DNA from: a virus
Virus record (IMG/VR): IMGVR_UViG_3300023179_000040
Coordinates: 32,001 to 96,000 of that record
Direction: 5' to 3' (one strand)
DNA length: 64,000 bases
The notes under the pieces are model-generated. The model was not told where the DNA came from and did no database searches. It was given only the letters and a program-made list of their open reading frames with translations. The position numbers and the translations under genes are program-made. How positions within the stretch are numbered: position 1 is the stretch's first letter; each line of letters opens with the position of its first letter. Of the stretch, positions 47,873-58,156 are shown in pieces.

Positions 47873-49738
47873 TTATTCTCCATTTTTAAGTAGTTCTGAT
47901 ATAGTCATCACTTTATCTAACATTGCTACTCCTAGAATATCAAATTTTATTACACCCAAAGATTCTAGGTCCTGCATCTCCATACCAGCAATTAATTGAT
48001 CGTTTTTTGAATCATAAATCATTGGACAAACATCGCTAAGATCATCAGTACTAATAACGATTCCGGCAGCATGTTTGGATTGATTAGATTTTGTTCCCTC
48101 TAGACGAATAGCTTGTTCAAATCTTTTAGCCATAGGACCAGATAAAACACCATCGTCATTAATATAGCACCATTCTTTGAGTTTGTCAACATTATTTTCT
48201 AATGCCCATCGTATGATCGAAGCTTCACCCGTATCCTCTTTCATTTCTTGAAGTTCGTCGGCAATTTTGGCTTCGTCTGGTATATTTTTAGTAATACGAT
48301 TCATTTCTTCAAATGATATATTTCCATATACTCTAAGAACTTCTTTTAAAGCCCCTCTGCCTTTCATAGTATTGTATGTAATCATTTGAGATACTTTATT
48401 ATGTCCATATTTATTTTTGATATATGTAATAATATCTTCTCTCTTATTAATAGGAACATCTACATCAATATCTGGCATGGAGATTCTATCGGCTGTATTT
48501 CTACCAGCATTATAAAAACGACTAAATAATAAATCGTATTTAATAGGATCAATCGATGTAATTCCTATAAGATAAGATACTAAACACCCCGCCGCTGATC
48601 CTCTACCCGGACCCGGCAACCATCCATTAGATCTCACATATTCCAATATGTCTTGTAAAATTAAAAAATAACTAGATAACCCCGCACCTTGTAAAATATC
48701 TAATTCTTCTTTTATTCTATTTACATATATTTGTTGCTTATCTTTATCTATAGTGTTGGCGATTTTATCTTTCCACCCTTTTCTGCATAAATGTCTCAGA
48801 TATTCATCAGGACTAAGTCCGTCTGGACACGAGAAAGATGGTAAAGATGGCTTACTTAGTATATCGTACTCTTCAATCATACTATTTACATAATTAGTAT
48901 TTTCAATTTCTTCTTCTGTATGCAAATGTCTCATTTCTTCAGGTGATAGTATATAATAATTTTCTGATTTAAAGAAACATGACATTGGAACATCCTCATT
49001 GTTGAGCATTTTTTTATTAATGTCAATCAATGTTGTTTTTAAATTATTACATAATAATATTCTTTGATCTACGGCATCTGATTTTTCACAATAATGAGCA
49101 TCTGGTGTGCAAATAACCTTGGTTCCTGTTTTTTCTCCAATAGCTATCATTAAATCTGATAGGTCTTTTTGCTCCGGTAGATTTTCGTGATCCATTAGTT
49201 GTGATTCAAGAAAGAAGTTCTCTTTCCCAAAGACGGAACGCATTTCTGCAACAAATTCTATACCTAATTTTAGACTATCGTTGGGTTGACTTAATAGTTT
49301 ATTAGCTAGACAAGATCCCAAGTGACCACAAAATGCTATTAGATTGCCATCAACTATCTCTGCTAATTTATCAAAACTAATTCTAGGCTTATGATAGAAA
49401 TTATCTTTATGGTTAGTAGCAGATACTATCTTGATCAGATTCTTCCATCCTTTGAAGTTTTTAGCTAATACAACCAAATGTCCTAATTTACTATTTTCTT
49501 TGGTTTTGATAGATGAATTTTGTTCACTAATATATAATTCACAGCCTAGTATTGGTTTTATATTTTTAGATCTCATAGCCTGATAAAATTGTACAGCGCC
49601 GGATATAGTCCCGTGATCTGTCAAGGCACAAGACGAAACCCCTATTGACAAACATCTGTCAGCAATTTGATGAGGCTTACTTAGACCATCTAATAAAGAA
49701 AAATGTGAATGTACATGCAAAGGAATATACGGATTCAT
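47873..49738 (-). CDS. dnaE: DNA polymerase III alpha, N-terminal part (PHP, palm/thumb)
   Basis: HVHSHFSLLDG, TDHG, GRGSAAG, PDIDVD, HAAGIVI, KFDILG. Confidence 0.92.
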   Translation of the reverse strand: MNPYIPLHVHSHFSLLDGLSKPHQIADRCLSIGVSSCALTDHGTISGAVQFYQAMRSKNIKPILGCELYISEQNSSIKTKENSKLGHLVVLAKNFKGWKNLIKIVSATNHKDNFYHKPRISFDKLAEIVDGNLIAFCGHLGSCLANKLLSQPNDSLKLGIEFVAEMRSVFGKENFFLESQLMDHENLPEQKDLSDLMIAIGEKTGTKVICTPDAHYCEKSDAVDQRILLCNNLKTTLIDINKKMLNNEDVPMSCFFKSENYYILSPEEMRHLHTEEEIENTNYVNSMIEEYDILSKPSLPSFSCPDGLSPDEYLRHLCRKGWKDKIANTIDKDKQQIYVNRIKEELDILQGAGLSSYFLILQDILEYVRSNGWLPGPGRGSAAGCLVSYLIGITSIDPIKYDLLFSRFYNAGRNTADRISMPDIDVDVPINKREDIITYIKNKYGHNKVSQMITYNTMKGRGALKEVLRVYGNISFEEMNRITKNIPDEAKIADELQEMKEDTGEASIIRWALENNVDKLKEWCYINDDGVLSGPMAKRFEQAIRLEGTKSNQSKHAAGIVISTDDLSDVCPMIYDSKNDQLIAGMEMQDLESLGVIKFDILGVAMLDKVMTISELLKNGE

Positions 49739-50817
49739 TCTGTGCTTCCAGGAGCCTTATATTTACCAAAAGAATGGTTCGGGTGTTTGTACAAATCTAC
49801 CACGGCGTTCATTCCGTGCAAGTCTATATCATGTTTGATTTGTTCGCATTTGGTCATAGTTGTTCCTATGTTACAAATTTGCCCTTCCCTATATTCTGTT
49901 TGTGCCGGTATATGGGTGTTCTCAAAAGTTGTTTTACCAAAATGACACAACTTATTACACATCCAGCTCTTATTAAGTTTTGGTCTTCTGGTATTTTTAA
50001 CAATCTCAAACTTTTTTCTTAGCATATCCTCGGTTTTAGGTAGATCCGATTTATCGAAACATATCGAAAAAGGCCCGCCGTCATTTATAAAATATATAGA
50101 AAAAATGATATGATTTATATTTGGATACAGATGGTTAACGGCGTAATGATATATTCTTAATTGAGGATCGTTTTCAAGTTTTTCTTGGGTTTTTTCTTCT
50201 CCAGTTGCCCAATCCAATCTTCTACCGCTCTTCCAGTCTATAATTTCTATAGTATTATCATTAACTTGAGTTATTAGGTCTATAGTACCCTTAATAGCTA
50301 AATAGCCTTCAAGTTTACCTTCTGATGTATCATATTCATAATATGACCATGGTTTTTTTATTTCAATATCAAAATGTTGTTCTGGTTGAAGTATAAGTCT
50401 ATTTCTTGGATCAAACATACCATTATTAAATTCAATAGCCTTATATACCCAGGCATGACAATCTTTATAGTCTTTAACTGACCATTTATGGTGGGGATTT
50501 GCTTCAGAATAGTATTTATATATTTTTTCAATTAATGTGTTTAAATTATAGCTATTACAGTCAACAGGACCTAAGATATCATCCTCTACCGATGATATTT
50601 TGTCTTGCTGTGCTTTTTTAATAACTGCTAAAATTTCCAATACCTTATGTAGTATTGTACCCTTATCGGCCTTATGTCCGGATGGTCCTCTCCAACCCAA
50701 AACATATTCGGCAAAAAATTGCTGTTCGCACATACTATGAGTATTATAGGATGAGCTTCTAAAATAAGTAACTATTATGACATCACCTCTAATAGAATTT
50801 TTTGTAGTTCCATACAC
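49735..50817 (-). CDS. RecB/Cas4-like PD-(D/E)xK exonuclease
   Basis: GTILH, GTIDL, IIDWKSG, QLRIY; N- and C-terminal Cys residues. True start uncertain. Confidence 0.75.
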   Translation of the reverse strand: MYGTTKNSIRGDVIIVTYFRSSSYNTHSMCEQQFFAEYVLGWRGPSGHKADKGTILHKVLEILAVIKKAQQDKISSVEDDILGPVDCNSYNLNTLIEKIYKYYSEANPHHKWSVKDYKDCHAWVYKAIEFNNGMFDPRNRLILQPEQHFDIEIKKPWSYYEYDTSEGKLEGYLAIKGTIDLITQVNDNTIEIIDWKSGRRLDWATGEEKTQEKLENDPQLRIYHYAVNHLYPNINHIIFSIYFINDGGPFSICFDKSDLPKTEDMLRKKFEIVKNTRRPKLNKSWMCNKLCHFGKTTFENTHIPAQTEYREGQICNIGTTMTKCEQIKHDIDLHGMNAVVDLYKHPNHSFGKYKAPGSTE

Positions 50818-51494
50818 TGATCATAGATATTTAGGTCTTTATTATCTACGATATAGTCGAAATTTGCCCAATCATAAGATTCTTTATTTAAGATATTTTC
50901 ACTGATATGATCCGATTTAAATGGTTCTTTTGTTAATCTGATAACTTTACCATTATTCGCTCGTATAGCTTCCACTTCATTTGGAAATCTACAATCCGTA
51001 ATAATTGCTAATTTTGGTTTTTCTCTAGCTATCTTTTTTAAAGTAGCATCAACCCATACATTTGGTTTTAATGATCTGAATATATCAGTACCGACAAATT
51101 GCATAATATCACGAGCCGTCATATTTTTATTATCTATATACATATCAGTATATGTATTTTTATCATCATCTGAACCATAGCACTGATCATAGTCCATACC
51201 TAGTATATTCATACAAATATCTTGTTTCAGAATATCTGCAAAACTATATAGTTTAATTTCTGGATCAAGTAATGAAAAAACTTGTTGCAATATGAAGTCG
51301 TTATGATTGCGTTTACAAGGATCGAATACTCCTCTGTATAGAGGATTTTTTAATAAATCGGAAACTTCTATTTGCCCCGAGTTATTGATTTGTATCTTAT
51401 CGCACACTTCTAAATTAGCCATAAAAATAGAAAAGAAAAAATTACCAGAGGTGGTTTTACCAGATTGTTTTTTCCCAGAAATACCTATAATCAT
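50775..51494 (-). CDS. Deoxynucleoside monophosphate kinase
   Basis: GISGKKQSGKTT, FADILK, RDIMQFVGTD, ITDCRFPNE. Confidence 0.85.
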   Translation of the reverse strand: MIIGISGKKQSGKTTSGNFFFSIFMANLEVCDKIQINNSGQIEVSDLLKNPLYRGVFDPCKRNHNDFILQQVFSLLDPEIKLYSFADILKQDICMNILGMDYDQCYGSDDDKNTYTDMYIDNKNMTARDIMQFVGTDIFRSLKPNVWVDATLKKIAREKPKLAIITDCRFPNEVEAIRANNGKVIRLTKEPFKSDHISENILNKESYDWANFDYIVDNKDLNIYDQCMELQKILLEVMS

Positions 51495-52657
51495 ATATAA
51501 TCTTTAATTTGTGGTATAATTTGTTGATTAATTTCGTCCAAAGTCATATCTGCAACATCTTGTGATGAAATATCTATATTAATAATATTGTATGTTTTTT
51601 CACATTTTGATCTGATTTGTTGAGCGGCTTTTTTACCAGCATCATCATTATCCATTATGGTTATAATAGTCATAGCGCCAGAAGTATCCAGTATCATTTT
51701 TTGTCGATCACCTAAGGAAGATCCAAATATACCAACAACATTCAATATACCCGCCTCCGATAATCTCCAAACATTTCCTGGGCTTTCAACAAGAATTACT
51801 GCAGCAGTTTCTTTGATTCTAGGTTTAGCTACCCAATAATTGTATAGGTGTTCTTGCGTTTTAAATCCTGTATTATGTCTCCATTTGGAATATTTCCAAA
51901 TATTTTCTTGTGATGGACACGATTGTGCTGGGTCGTGATAAGCTCTGCAAGAAGAACATTTTTCATATATACTTCTACCAGTACATCCAACCATATATTT
52001 ATGGTCTTCATCATATATAGGTACCACCGCTCTTCCGTACATTTCTTTATCTAAGATTTTACAATCCCCAACATCATAATTAATTAAAGTTTGTTTATTA
52101 AAACCTCTAGATATAAAATAATCAGAAGGAATATTTAAACTTTTTCTGATAATATCTTTAGATATTTTGGTAATATTATTATGATTGTTATTACTCAGAT
52201 ATTTGACAGTATTGACGAACGTACTTTTTTCTTTATATTTTCTAGAAACTTTAATAGAGTCTAGATCTTGTTCAATAAAAGATAAAGCGAAATCTAGAGC
52301 CTCTTGAAATGAGCACATCTGATCGCCTTCCTTATTCCACCCATAAGAATTATGAGACAAACAGCCACGTATAAAACCTATAATAGAGCCCTTGAAGACT
52401 TCTTCACATTGATGGGTTCTACATTTCCAATTACCTCTATAATGATCTCCTTGATAATAAATATTTAGGGCTGTCTCATTATCTCCACCATGTATAGGAC
52501 AACTCATGGCTATTAGCTTACCAAGATTTTTATATGACTCGATACCTAGTATATTCAATAAACCATCAATATCATTACAAAGCATATCTGATATATATTT
52601 CAGTTTTGCTTGATCATACGAACGGTATGTTTTCTGTTTGTTCTTCATGGTTATCAT
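51491..52657 (-). CDS. dnaG: DNA primase (CHC2 Zn finger plus TOPRIM)
   Basis: CPIHGGDN...WKCRTHQC; LVESPGNV; MDNDDAG. Confidence 0.8.
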   Translation of the reverse strand: MITMKNKQKTYRSYDQAKLKYISDMLCNDIDGLLNILGIESYKNLGKLIAMSCPIHGGDNETALNIYYQGDHYRGNWKCRTHQCEEVFKGSIIGFIRGCLSHNSYGWNKEGDQMCSFQEALDFALSFIEQDLDSIKVSRKYKEKSTFVNTVKYLSNNNHNNITKISKDIIRKSLNIPSDYFISRGFNKQTLINYDVGDCKILDKEMYGRAVVPIYDEDHKYMVGCTGRSIYEKCSSCRAYHDPAQSCPSQENIWKYSKWRHNTGFKTQEHLYNYWVAKPRIKETAAVILVESPGNVWRLSEAGILNVVGIFGSSLGDRQKMILDTSGAMTIITIMDNDDAGKKAAQQIRSKCEKTYNIINIDISSQDVADMTLDEINQQIIPQIKDYI

Positions 52658-54083
52658 TGATTATAAACCCAGCCTCATTAGTCTTATTGTTGTGCATTAC
52701 TTCTAATTTTGTTTTACCTTCTACGATCTTAGCACACCAACCCTTCATATGACAATTTATATAGTCATTATCGTCTAATCCTCCTCCATGTCTACTAATA
52801 ACAGGAATAAGCTTTCTATTACCGGACTTTCCACCATCTTCCGCAATTTCTTCATCTGATTTTCTTTTGAAGATAGAAAAATTACTACACAACCAAATAA
52901 TTCTATCTGATCCACTAGCTGAATCGGTGCTTTCTTTAGTGATACCGTCGCGGTTCAACTGAATAAAAGCTAAAATAGGCACCTTGTATTTAACGGCAAA
53001 ATTATGCAAAGCTGTCATCATGAAGCCTAGAATTTGATATTCTTTTAAGTCTTGAGATAACCCATTAGAATCCATAAGCTTGAGATAATCATATATAATA
53101 ACGCAATCTTTTGCTGTACCGTCATCATTCAAACCAACATCTTTGACTAACCATCTACGCATTATAGCTAATTGTTCATCAAATGGTTTTCCTGCAATAG
53201 ATTTATGAAATAATGGTGCATTTTTTAGCACCGATACCGCTTCTTTAATTTTGGCGCTATTTACAGGCGACTCAGCAAATTTTCCGCTCTCAATTTTATT
53301 AATTTCTATTTCGGTAGACATAGCTAATAGTCTATGTATATGGTCTTCTTTATTCATTTCTGTATCCATATTCAATACCGGAATATTCTGTTTGGCGATG
53401 TGTAGCCCGATATTATCAGATAGTAATGTTTTACCAACCTTTGGTCTAGCACCAATAACATTGATGGTGCCTTTTCTTAATCCTCCGCCAATTGCTTGAT
53501 CATAAACAGGTAAGCCGGTTGAAATACCCACTTGATCAACAGGATTGCTTTGTAAATAGTCTATATAGTCATCAATACCATCTGATATTGGAATAGGATT
53601 ATTGTCTTTATCGTTATTTAATGACGAACCAAAATTGAGCACAGTATCTTCTGCTATACCTAGAATAGAAGAAATACTCTCAGAGCCATTAATATCTAAA
53701 AGCTTTTCTTGAGTATCTCCAAGGGCTTTATGTAAAGATCTAGCTATTTCTAGCTTGCGAATCTTAACTGCAAATTTTCTAATATTCTCTTTTAGAACAG
53801 GAAAGTCCTTGATAGCTTTTAAATGCTGTGTTTCCTCTTTTTGAGATAAGATATGGGATACGCCTAGTTCTTGCGCCTTAGAATATATAGATGCTATATC
53901 TATAGACTTAATATTTTGATCTTTTTCTATTAAGTCTTTACAACACCTAAAAATCATTTGGTTACTATCAACAGTAAATGTTGAATCCTGTACAATATCG
54001 CTAATGTCAAGATAAACATCTTCACCGAACTGTAACAATCCACTTAAAACCGCTCTTTCTGCCGAAGTATCACACAAAATCAT
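52614..54083 (-). CDS. dnaB: Replicative DNA helicase
   Basis: AERAVL, GARPKVGKT, DTEM, DYLKLM, QLNRDG, SRHG. Confidence 0.9.
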   Translation of the reverse strand: MILCDTSAERAVLSGLLQFGEDVYLDISDIVQDSTFTVDSNQMIFRCCKDLIEKDQNIKSIDIASIYSKAQELGVSHILSQKEETQHLKAIKDFPVLKENIRKFAVKIRKLEIARSLHKALGDTQEKLLDINGSESISSILGIAEDTVLNFGSSLNNDKDNNPIPISDGIDDYIDYLQSNPVDQVGISTGLPVYDQAIGGGLRKGTINVIGARPKVGKTLLSDNIGLHIAKQNIPVLNMDTEMNKEDHIHRLLAMSTEIEINKIESGKFAESPVNSAKIKEAVSVLKNAPLFHKSIAGKPFDEQLAIMRRWLVKDVGLNDDGTAKDCVIIYDYLKLMDSNGLSQDLKEYQILGFMMTALHNFAVKYKVPILAFIQLNRDGITKESTDSASGSDRIIWLCSNFSIFKRKSDEEIAEDGGKSGNRKLIPVISRHGGGLDDNDYINCHMKGWCAKIVEGKTKLEVMHNNKTNEAGFIINDNHEEQTENIPFV

Positions 54084-54087
54084 ATTA

Positions 54088-54492
54088 TTAACCAGCCGAA
54101 GCTGCGCACCTATTACATTTGTATCGAGTTGCTGATTCTACCAAACTTGGACTAATTTTTTCTTTTTTACCACAGACTCTACACATAACTTCCACAGGCT
54201 CAAATTCTCTTGTTCTAGCCACTGGCGGATGCTTCAATAGGCTTTTATCTATTGATACATCTTCTTTATGCATATTCATTTCTGGCATAGATAGAAATTT
54301 ATTAACTCTTGTTGGTTGAGTATGTGAGTTGTTAGGCGTTTCCTGTTTTTGAGGGGACACCTTAAACTCTGTATTATTCTGTGTAGATACCGAACCTGTC
54401 TGCTGCTTATCTTGTTCTGGTAACAAAGACTGCAATAGGCTTATAAGTTGTTGTATTTGCTGTGGGTTTTTTGTTAACTCATTAAGATCCAT
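54088..54492 (-). CDS. Hypothetical protein with C-terminal Zn ribbon
   Basis: CRVC...CNRC. Confidence 0.6.
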   Translation of the reverse strand: MDLNELTKNPQQIQQLISLLQSLLPEQDKQQTGSVSTQNNTEFKVSPQKQETPNNSHTQPTRVNKFLSMPEMNMHKEDVSIDKSLLKHPPVARTREFEPVEVMCRVCGKKEKISPSLVESATRYKCNRCAASAG

Positions 54493-54964
54493 GTTTCACC
54501 TTAGACTTTTGTATAGATAACATAATATCGGACAAATGTTTTATATTATTCGCTAAATACTGTAATCTGTCACTACGTTGTTTCGCGTATTTTTTTATCT
54601 TATTCAAAGATATGGCTTTATCATTATTCTTAATTGCTTGATAAGATTTCTCTATATACCCATAACCTTTATAGTTATTAATATCATCGGCTATAGTCTC
54701 TTTTATTGTTTCATCGGCCCAATTTAGTCTGGCTAATTCTCTATTAAGAGATCTTTGAATATGAAAAGCAAATTGACTTAATCTATATGCTATTTCACCA
54801 CAAACTTCTGGTGTTGTTTTTTCTAGTTCATCTCTTGTCATTTGAAAATATTGATTTAATTCAGCCTCTGGTAAAGCATCATTCTTATATGTGCCTAATC
54901 CTATACTTCGCTCATATTCATCCAATACTTTATCCCATTCAGTAACTTGATCTTTAGTATTCAT
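54482..54964 (-). CDS. Hypothetical helical protein in the recA operon
   Basis: Coiled-coil-like; ATG at 54964 overlaps the upstream gene end. Confidence 0.55.
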   Translation of the reverse strand: MNTKDQVTEWDKVLDEYERSIGLGTYKNDALPEAELNQYFQMTRDELEKTTPEVCGEIAYRLSQFAFHIQRSLNRELARLNWADETIKETIADDINNYKGYGYIEKSYQAIKNNDKAISLNKIKKYAKQRSDRLQYLANNIKHLSDIMLSIQKSKVKHGS

Positions 54965-55361
54965 TTTTAATCCTACTTGGCCATTCATCTATTTTATCAA
55001 ACGGTAGCTCTATATGTTCTATATCGTTAATAAGACACCATTCTTTTTTATCTTGATCTCTTTTTTTGTGATTTATAAATCCTAGAGTTGTATGGTGGAA
55101 GAATCTATTAAATTTATAGTGTTGTTCTCCATGAACCTCTATACATCTTTTAATTAATGGCAAATAGAAATCCAAATATAAAGTTTCTGATCTCCTTACC
55201 ATAATAGGAACTTCTTCTAATAATTGCAATGTTGGGAAGCATGATTTAATTAAATTTCTAGCTTCTAAATGCAACGAAGACTTATTATGCAAACTACCAT
55301 TAGCGATGGTACCAATTAATTGCCAGTTATAAGAATTACCATCCAAATCCTTCACTTGCAT
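54954..55361 (-). CDS. Vsr/DUF559-like PD-(D/E)xK endonuclease
   Basis: LDFYLP...IEVHGEQHY...RDQDKKEWC. Confidence 0.7.
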   Translation of the reverse strand: MQVKDLDGNSYNWQLIGTIANGSLHNKSSLHLEARNLIKSCFPTLQLLEEVPIMVRRSETLYLDFYLPLIKRCIEVHGEQHYKFNRFFHHTTLGFINHKKRDQDKKEWCLINDIEHIELPFDKIDEWPSRIKNEY

Positions 55362-56377
55362 GTGATGCCCATAGTTTCCTTAACTTTTGACCATAAATCT
55401 TCATAAACCTCTGGATGTTCTACTAAATATTGTCTAGCCTTTTCTAGGCCCTGAAATTTTGGCTTATCACTGACAGATGACATAGTATACCATGCTCCGC
55501 CTTTGGACACAAGCCCCAAATCTACAGACAGGTTCAATAATTCCATTTGTTTGTCTATTCCAGAACCATATCTCAAATATGATGTTATTTTACCTCCCGG
55601 AGCACCCAGTGCTGAACATACAACTTGCCAATGGACTTCTTGTCCTATTTGGGGACTATCGGTTGTTAGGTTCCATGGACTAAAATAATTTGCTTTGAGT
55701 TTGATATCCGTTTGATAAGCAATAGCCTGACCGCTCTTTTCTTTCCATTCACTATGACCCATGCCAGGATTACCCATCAAGTGAGTAATACCTATAACAA
55801 TATTTTTATTTACAGGAATAACATTCGCCACTTTTCGGCAAAATTTAGCAAGAAGTTTGGCTCCGTCTGCTCTCTGCATTTTATTCATATCGCTCGTTAT
55901 CTCGGCTTCTGTACAAAGGGCAGAATACGAATCTATAATTAGAATAGATCCTGGAACCTCATTTATAATTCTTTCTGCTATTTGCAAATATTCTTCTGCA
56001 TGCAAGATCTTTCCTTCTTGAGAACCTATAATATTAAATCTTTCTAAATCTAATCCTGGTATTCCTTCTAAGTCTCTTTTTTTCAATCTACCTTCGATGT
56101 TCAGGTAGTACACTTCTCTACCCTTTTTGAAAGATCCATGAGCGTATTGTTCTTTTTGTGCGGTTGCACAGAAATCTAGCGATGTTGTTGTTTTTCCGCA
56201 TTTGGGATGTCCTGTAAGAATTACAAAACTTCCTTCTGGTATGCCTCCATTTAATACTACATCTATTGAAGGACTTACTGGGATGGTAATAAGCTTTTTA
56301 TCAATAACAGCATTTGCTGTGATTAAAATGTTATCACCAAAATTTTTTTTCACATCTTCTTTAATTGCCATTGTCAA
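55352..56377 (-). CDS. recA: RecA/UvsX-like recombinase
   Basis: GGIPEG, GHPKCGKTT, IIDSYSAL, KGGAWY, KFQG. Confidence 0.9.
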   Translation of the reverse strand: MTMAIKEDVKKNFGDNILITANAVIDKKLITIPVSPSIDVVLNGGIPEGSFVILTGHPKCGKTTTSLDFCATAQKEQYAHGSFKKGREVYYLNIEGRLKKRDLEGIPGLDLERFNIIGSQEGKILHAEEYLQIAERIINEVPGSILIIDSYSALCTEAEITSDMNKMQRADGAKLLAKFCRKVANVIPVNKNIVIGITHLMGNPGMGHSEWKEKSGQAIAYQTDIKLKANYFSPWNLTTDSPQIGQEVHWQVVCSALGAPGGKITSYLRYGSGIDKQMELLNLSVDLGLVSKGGAWYTMSSVSDKPKFQGLEKARQYLVEHPEVYEDLWSKVKETMGITCK

Positions 56378-56783
56378 GGTCCTTTAATTTAGATATAATA
56401 TTATTCTTTTTGTTGTTTTGAAAGCTTTGTCTTCCAGATATTTTTTGTTCTCTATTAATCTCTATAGTAATCTTTGTATTCTGTTTGCTGATGATATCCT
56501 CGTGTTTTTCTATTATAGGAATCAGGTGGGGCGCTCGCAAAGAATAGATTTTACTAGCCTCGACATCTCTTATTGCTCCTATAATAGCTTTAGGATCATA
56601 TTTTGCTAATAGCTTATGAGCAGATGCTATCTGATTGCGATAGTACATACTCCATTTCTTGTTGGTCCAAAATCTAAAATGTAAATCGCATTTATCTTTT
56701 TTAGCTTTATTTTCGCATATTAGTTCAGTAATATATTGAGCCGCAGATACTTTTTTGTCGTTAGAGTATTTGGATATGTACAT
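56361..56783 (-). CDS. Hypothetical protein
   Basis: 140 aa ORF with tight junctions to both neighbours. Confidence 0.55.
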   Translation of the reverse strand: MYISKYSNDKKVSAAQYITELICENKAKKDKCDLHFRFWTNKKWSMYYRNQIASAHKLLAKYDPKAIIGAIRDVEASKIYSLRAPHLIPIIEKHEDIISKQNTKITIEINREQKISGRQSFQNNKKNNIISKLKDLDNGN

Positions 56784-57133
56784 TAGTTCTTTGGTCTAAA
56801 GATATATTTATCAGTATTCTTTGTTTTTGGTTGTGCTTGATTCTTTAAGGCATCATTAGCCATAGATGCTTCGCCAGTCATAATTGCTACAGAATTTATC
56901 TTTTTTCCAGCCGTTTCTCTAATCATAAGACTTTGAGATCTACTGACAGGAGCTTTAGCTGTATTAACATTATTAGTAGTAGTCGTAGCCTCGGTAGTTT
57001 TTTTATGTTTCTCCAAGGCTTTTAGTATTTGAGGTTCAGAGATGGATAATTCTTTAGCTATTTCATTAGTGGTTTTATTTTGACTATCAAGCCACAGTAT
57101 AGCATATAAATTTGCTTTGCTAATTTTTGCCAT
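56783..57133 (-). CDS. Hypothetical protein with N-terminal HTH-like segment
   Basis: TTNEIAKELSISEPQI; ATG at 57133 (MAKISK) preferred as start. Confidence 0.5.
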   Translation of the reverse strand: MAKISKANLYAILWLDSQNKTTNEIAKELSISEPQILKALEKHKKTTEATTTTNNVNTAKAPVSRSQSLMIRETAGKKINSVAIMTGEASMANDALKNQAQPKTKNTDKYIFRPKN

Positions 57134-57134
57134 T

Positions 57135-57554
57135 TTATTGAACCCTTTCTGCATTATGTAACCAAGCTATATTCTTGGTTTTTAAAAAATAAAGATACAT
57201 CTCAAAACTTTTTTGATTTACTTCTTTGTATTTATTATTCGATCTACACACCCTATCCAAAAAAGAACTAGCTTGGCTTTCACCATAAATAGACAAAGGA
57301 TTATACATTTTGCCCCTATTATCTAATTTAATAGTATATTTAATTGACCCATCATCTCTAATAGTTTTTATAGCAAAAATATTTTTAGATGTTTCATTTG
57401 TGCATCGAGGTTGTTCATTTTCATCTAAAAAGTCCTGAGATCCCATTATAGTATAATATGATATGGAGTTGGATTCTTTATCGACTGCGTTTGTTGTAAA
57501 ATTATTTATATTATTTGTCATTGTTAATTCCATTATTTGATTTTTCAAAAGCAT
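57135..57554 (-). CDS. Hypothetical protein, paralogue of 58157-58564
   Basis: YT.xG...F.D...PR ... SFL...C.S ... Y..FL.TK...L.NA.R shared with 58157. Confidence 0.6.
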   Translation of the reverse strand: MLLKNQIMELTMTNNINNFTTNAVDKESNSISYYTIMGSQDFLDENEQPRCTNETSKNIFAIKTIRDDGSIKYTIKLDNRGKMYNPLSIYGESQASSFLDRVCRSNNKYKEVNQKSFEMYLYFLKTKNIAWLHNAERVQ

Positions 57555-57804
57555 GTTCCGCAGAATTTGCCAAACAATTTTCTAAGAACAGAAAAAATGC
57601 ATCCAGAAATGGTTTATAATCCATACCATCTTTAATTGGTATATGATAATTTTTGGCGCATAATCCTTCGCTACTTATATCTATGCCATCATCATTTTGT
57701 TTTAAAATATTTGCGGTTATATTAAATATAAGCTCATGAGTACAATCTATTTTTTTTTGATGACCTTCAAAAATTTCTTTGTATTGCAATTCTGAATTGT
57801 CCAT
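57511..57804 (-). CDS. Hypothetical protein
   Basis: 97 aa ORF in the operon. Confidence 0.5.
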   Translation of the reverse strand: MDNSELQYKEIFEGHQKKIDCTHELIFNITANILKQNDDGIDISSEGLCAKNYHIPIKDGMDYKPFLDAFFLFLENCLANSAEHAFEKSNNGINNDK

Positions 57805-57807
57805 ATC

Positions 57808-58152
57808 CTATACCCATTTGGTTCCTTTGGTTTTTTTCATTCTGGTCATATTTTTTGGGAGTTCTGTTTTCGGGGTTTCTTCTTTATATTCATTATGACG
57901 ATTATAAAGATGTATCTTTTCATCATCAGACAATCGATCTCTATTCCTATTAGCCAAATCCCCAAGAGTTTTTAATTCACTATCATTCTTTTTAATAGAG
58001 GTATTCAAAGTAGATAGATCCTCAATATATCTCCTTATAACATTTTTAGACTTACAAAACTCACAAACAGGCTTGTCGGTATATTCTCTAATAGAACAAA
58101 CCAACTCAAATACCTTTTCGCATTTTTCACAAAAAAAAGTATACGTAGGCAT
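57808..58152 (-). CDS. FmdB-family Zn-ribbon protein
   Basis: MPTYTFFCEKCEKVFE...CEFCKS. Confidence 0.8.
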   Translation of the reverse strand: MPTYTFFCEKCEKVFELVCSIREYTDKPVCEFCKSKNVIRRYIEDLSTLNTSIKKNDSELKTLGDLANRNRDRLSDDEKIHLYNRHNEYKEETPKTELPKNMTRMKKTKGTKWV

Positions 58153-58156
58153 ATAA

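Noticed and set aside
45385-49738. Split intein in DnaE
   Set aside because: No N-intein after the N-part and no HN-C/S/T C-intein at the start of the C-part.
49735-50817. Cas4 as evidence of a CRISPR-Cas system
   Set aside because: Stand-alone RecB/Cas4-like nucleases are common in phage replication modules; no other cas genes or array.
54482-54964. UvsY-like recombination mediator
   Set aside because: Supported only by size, helicity and proximity to recA; no recognisable motif.
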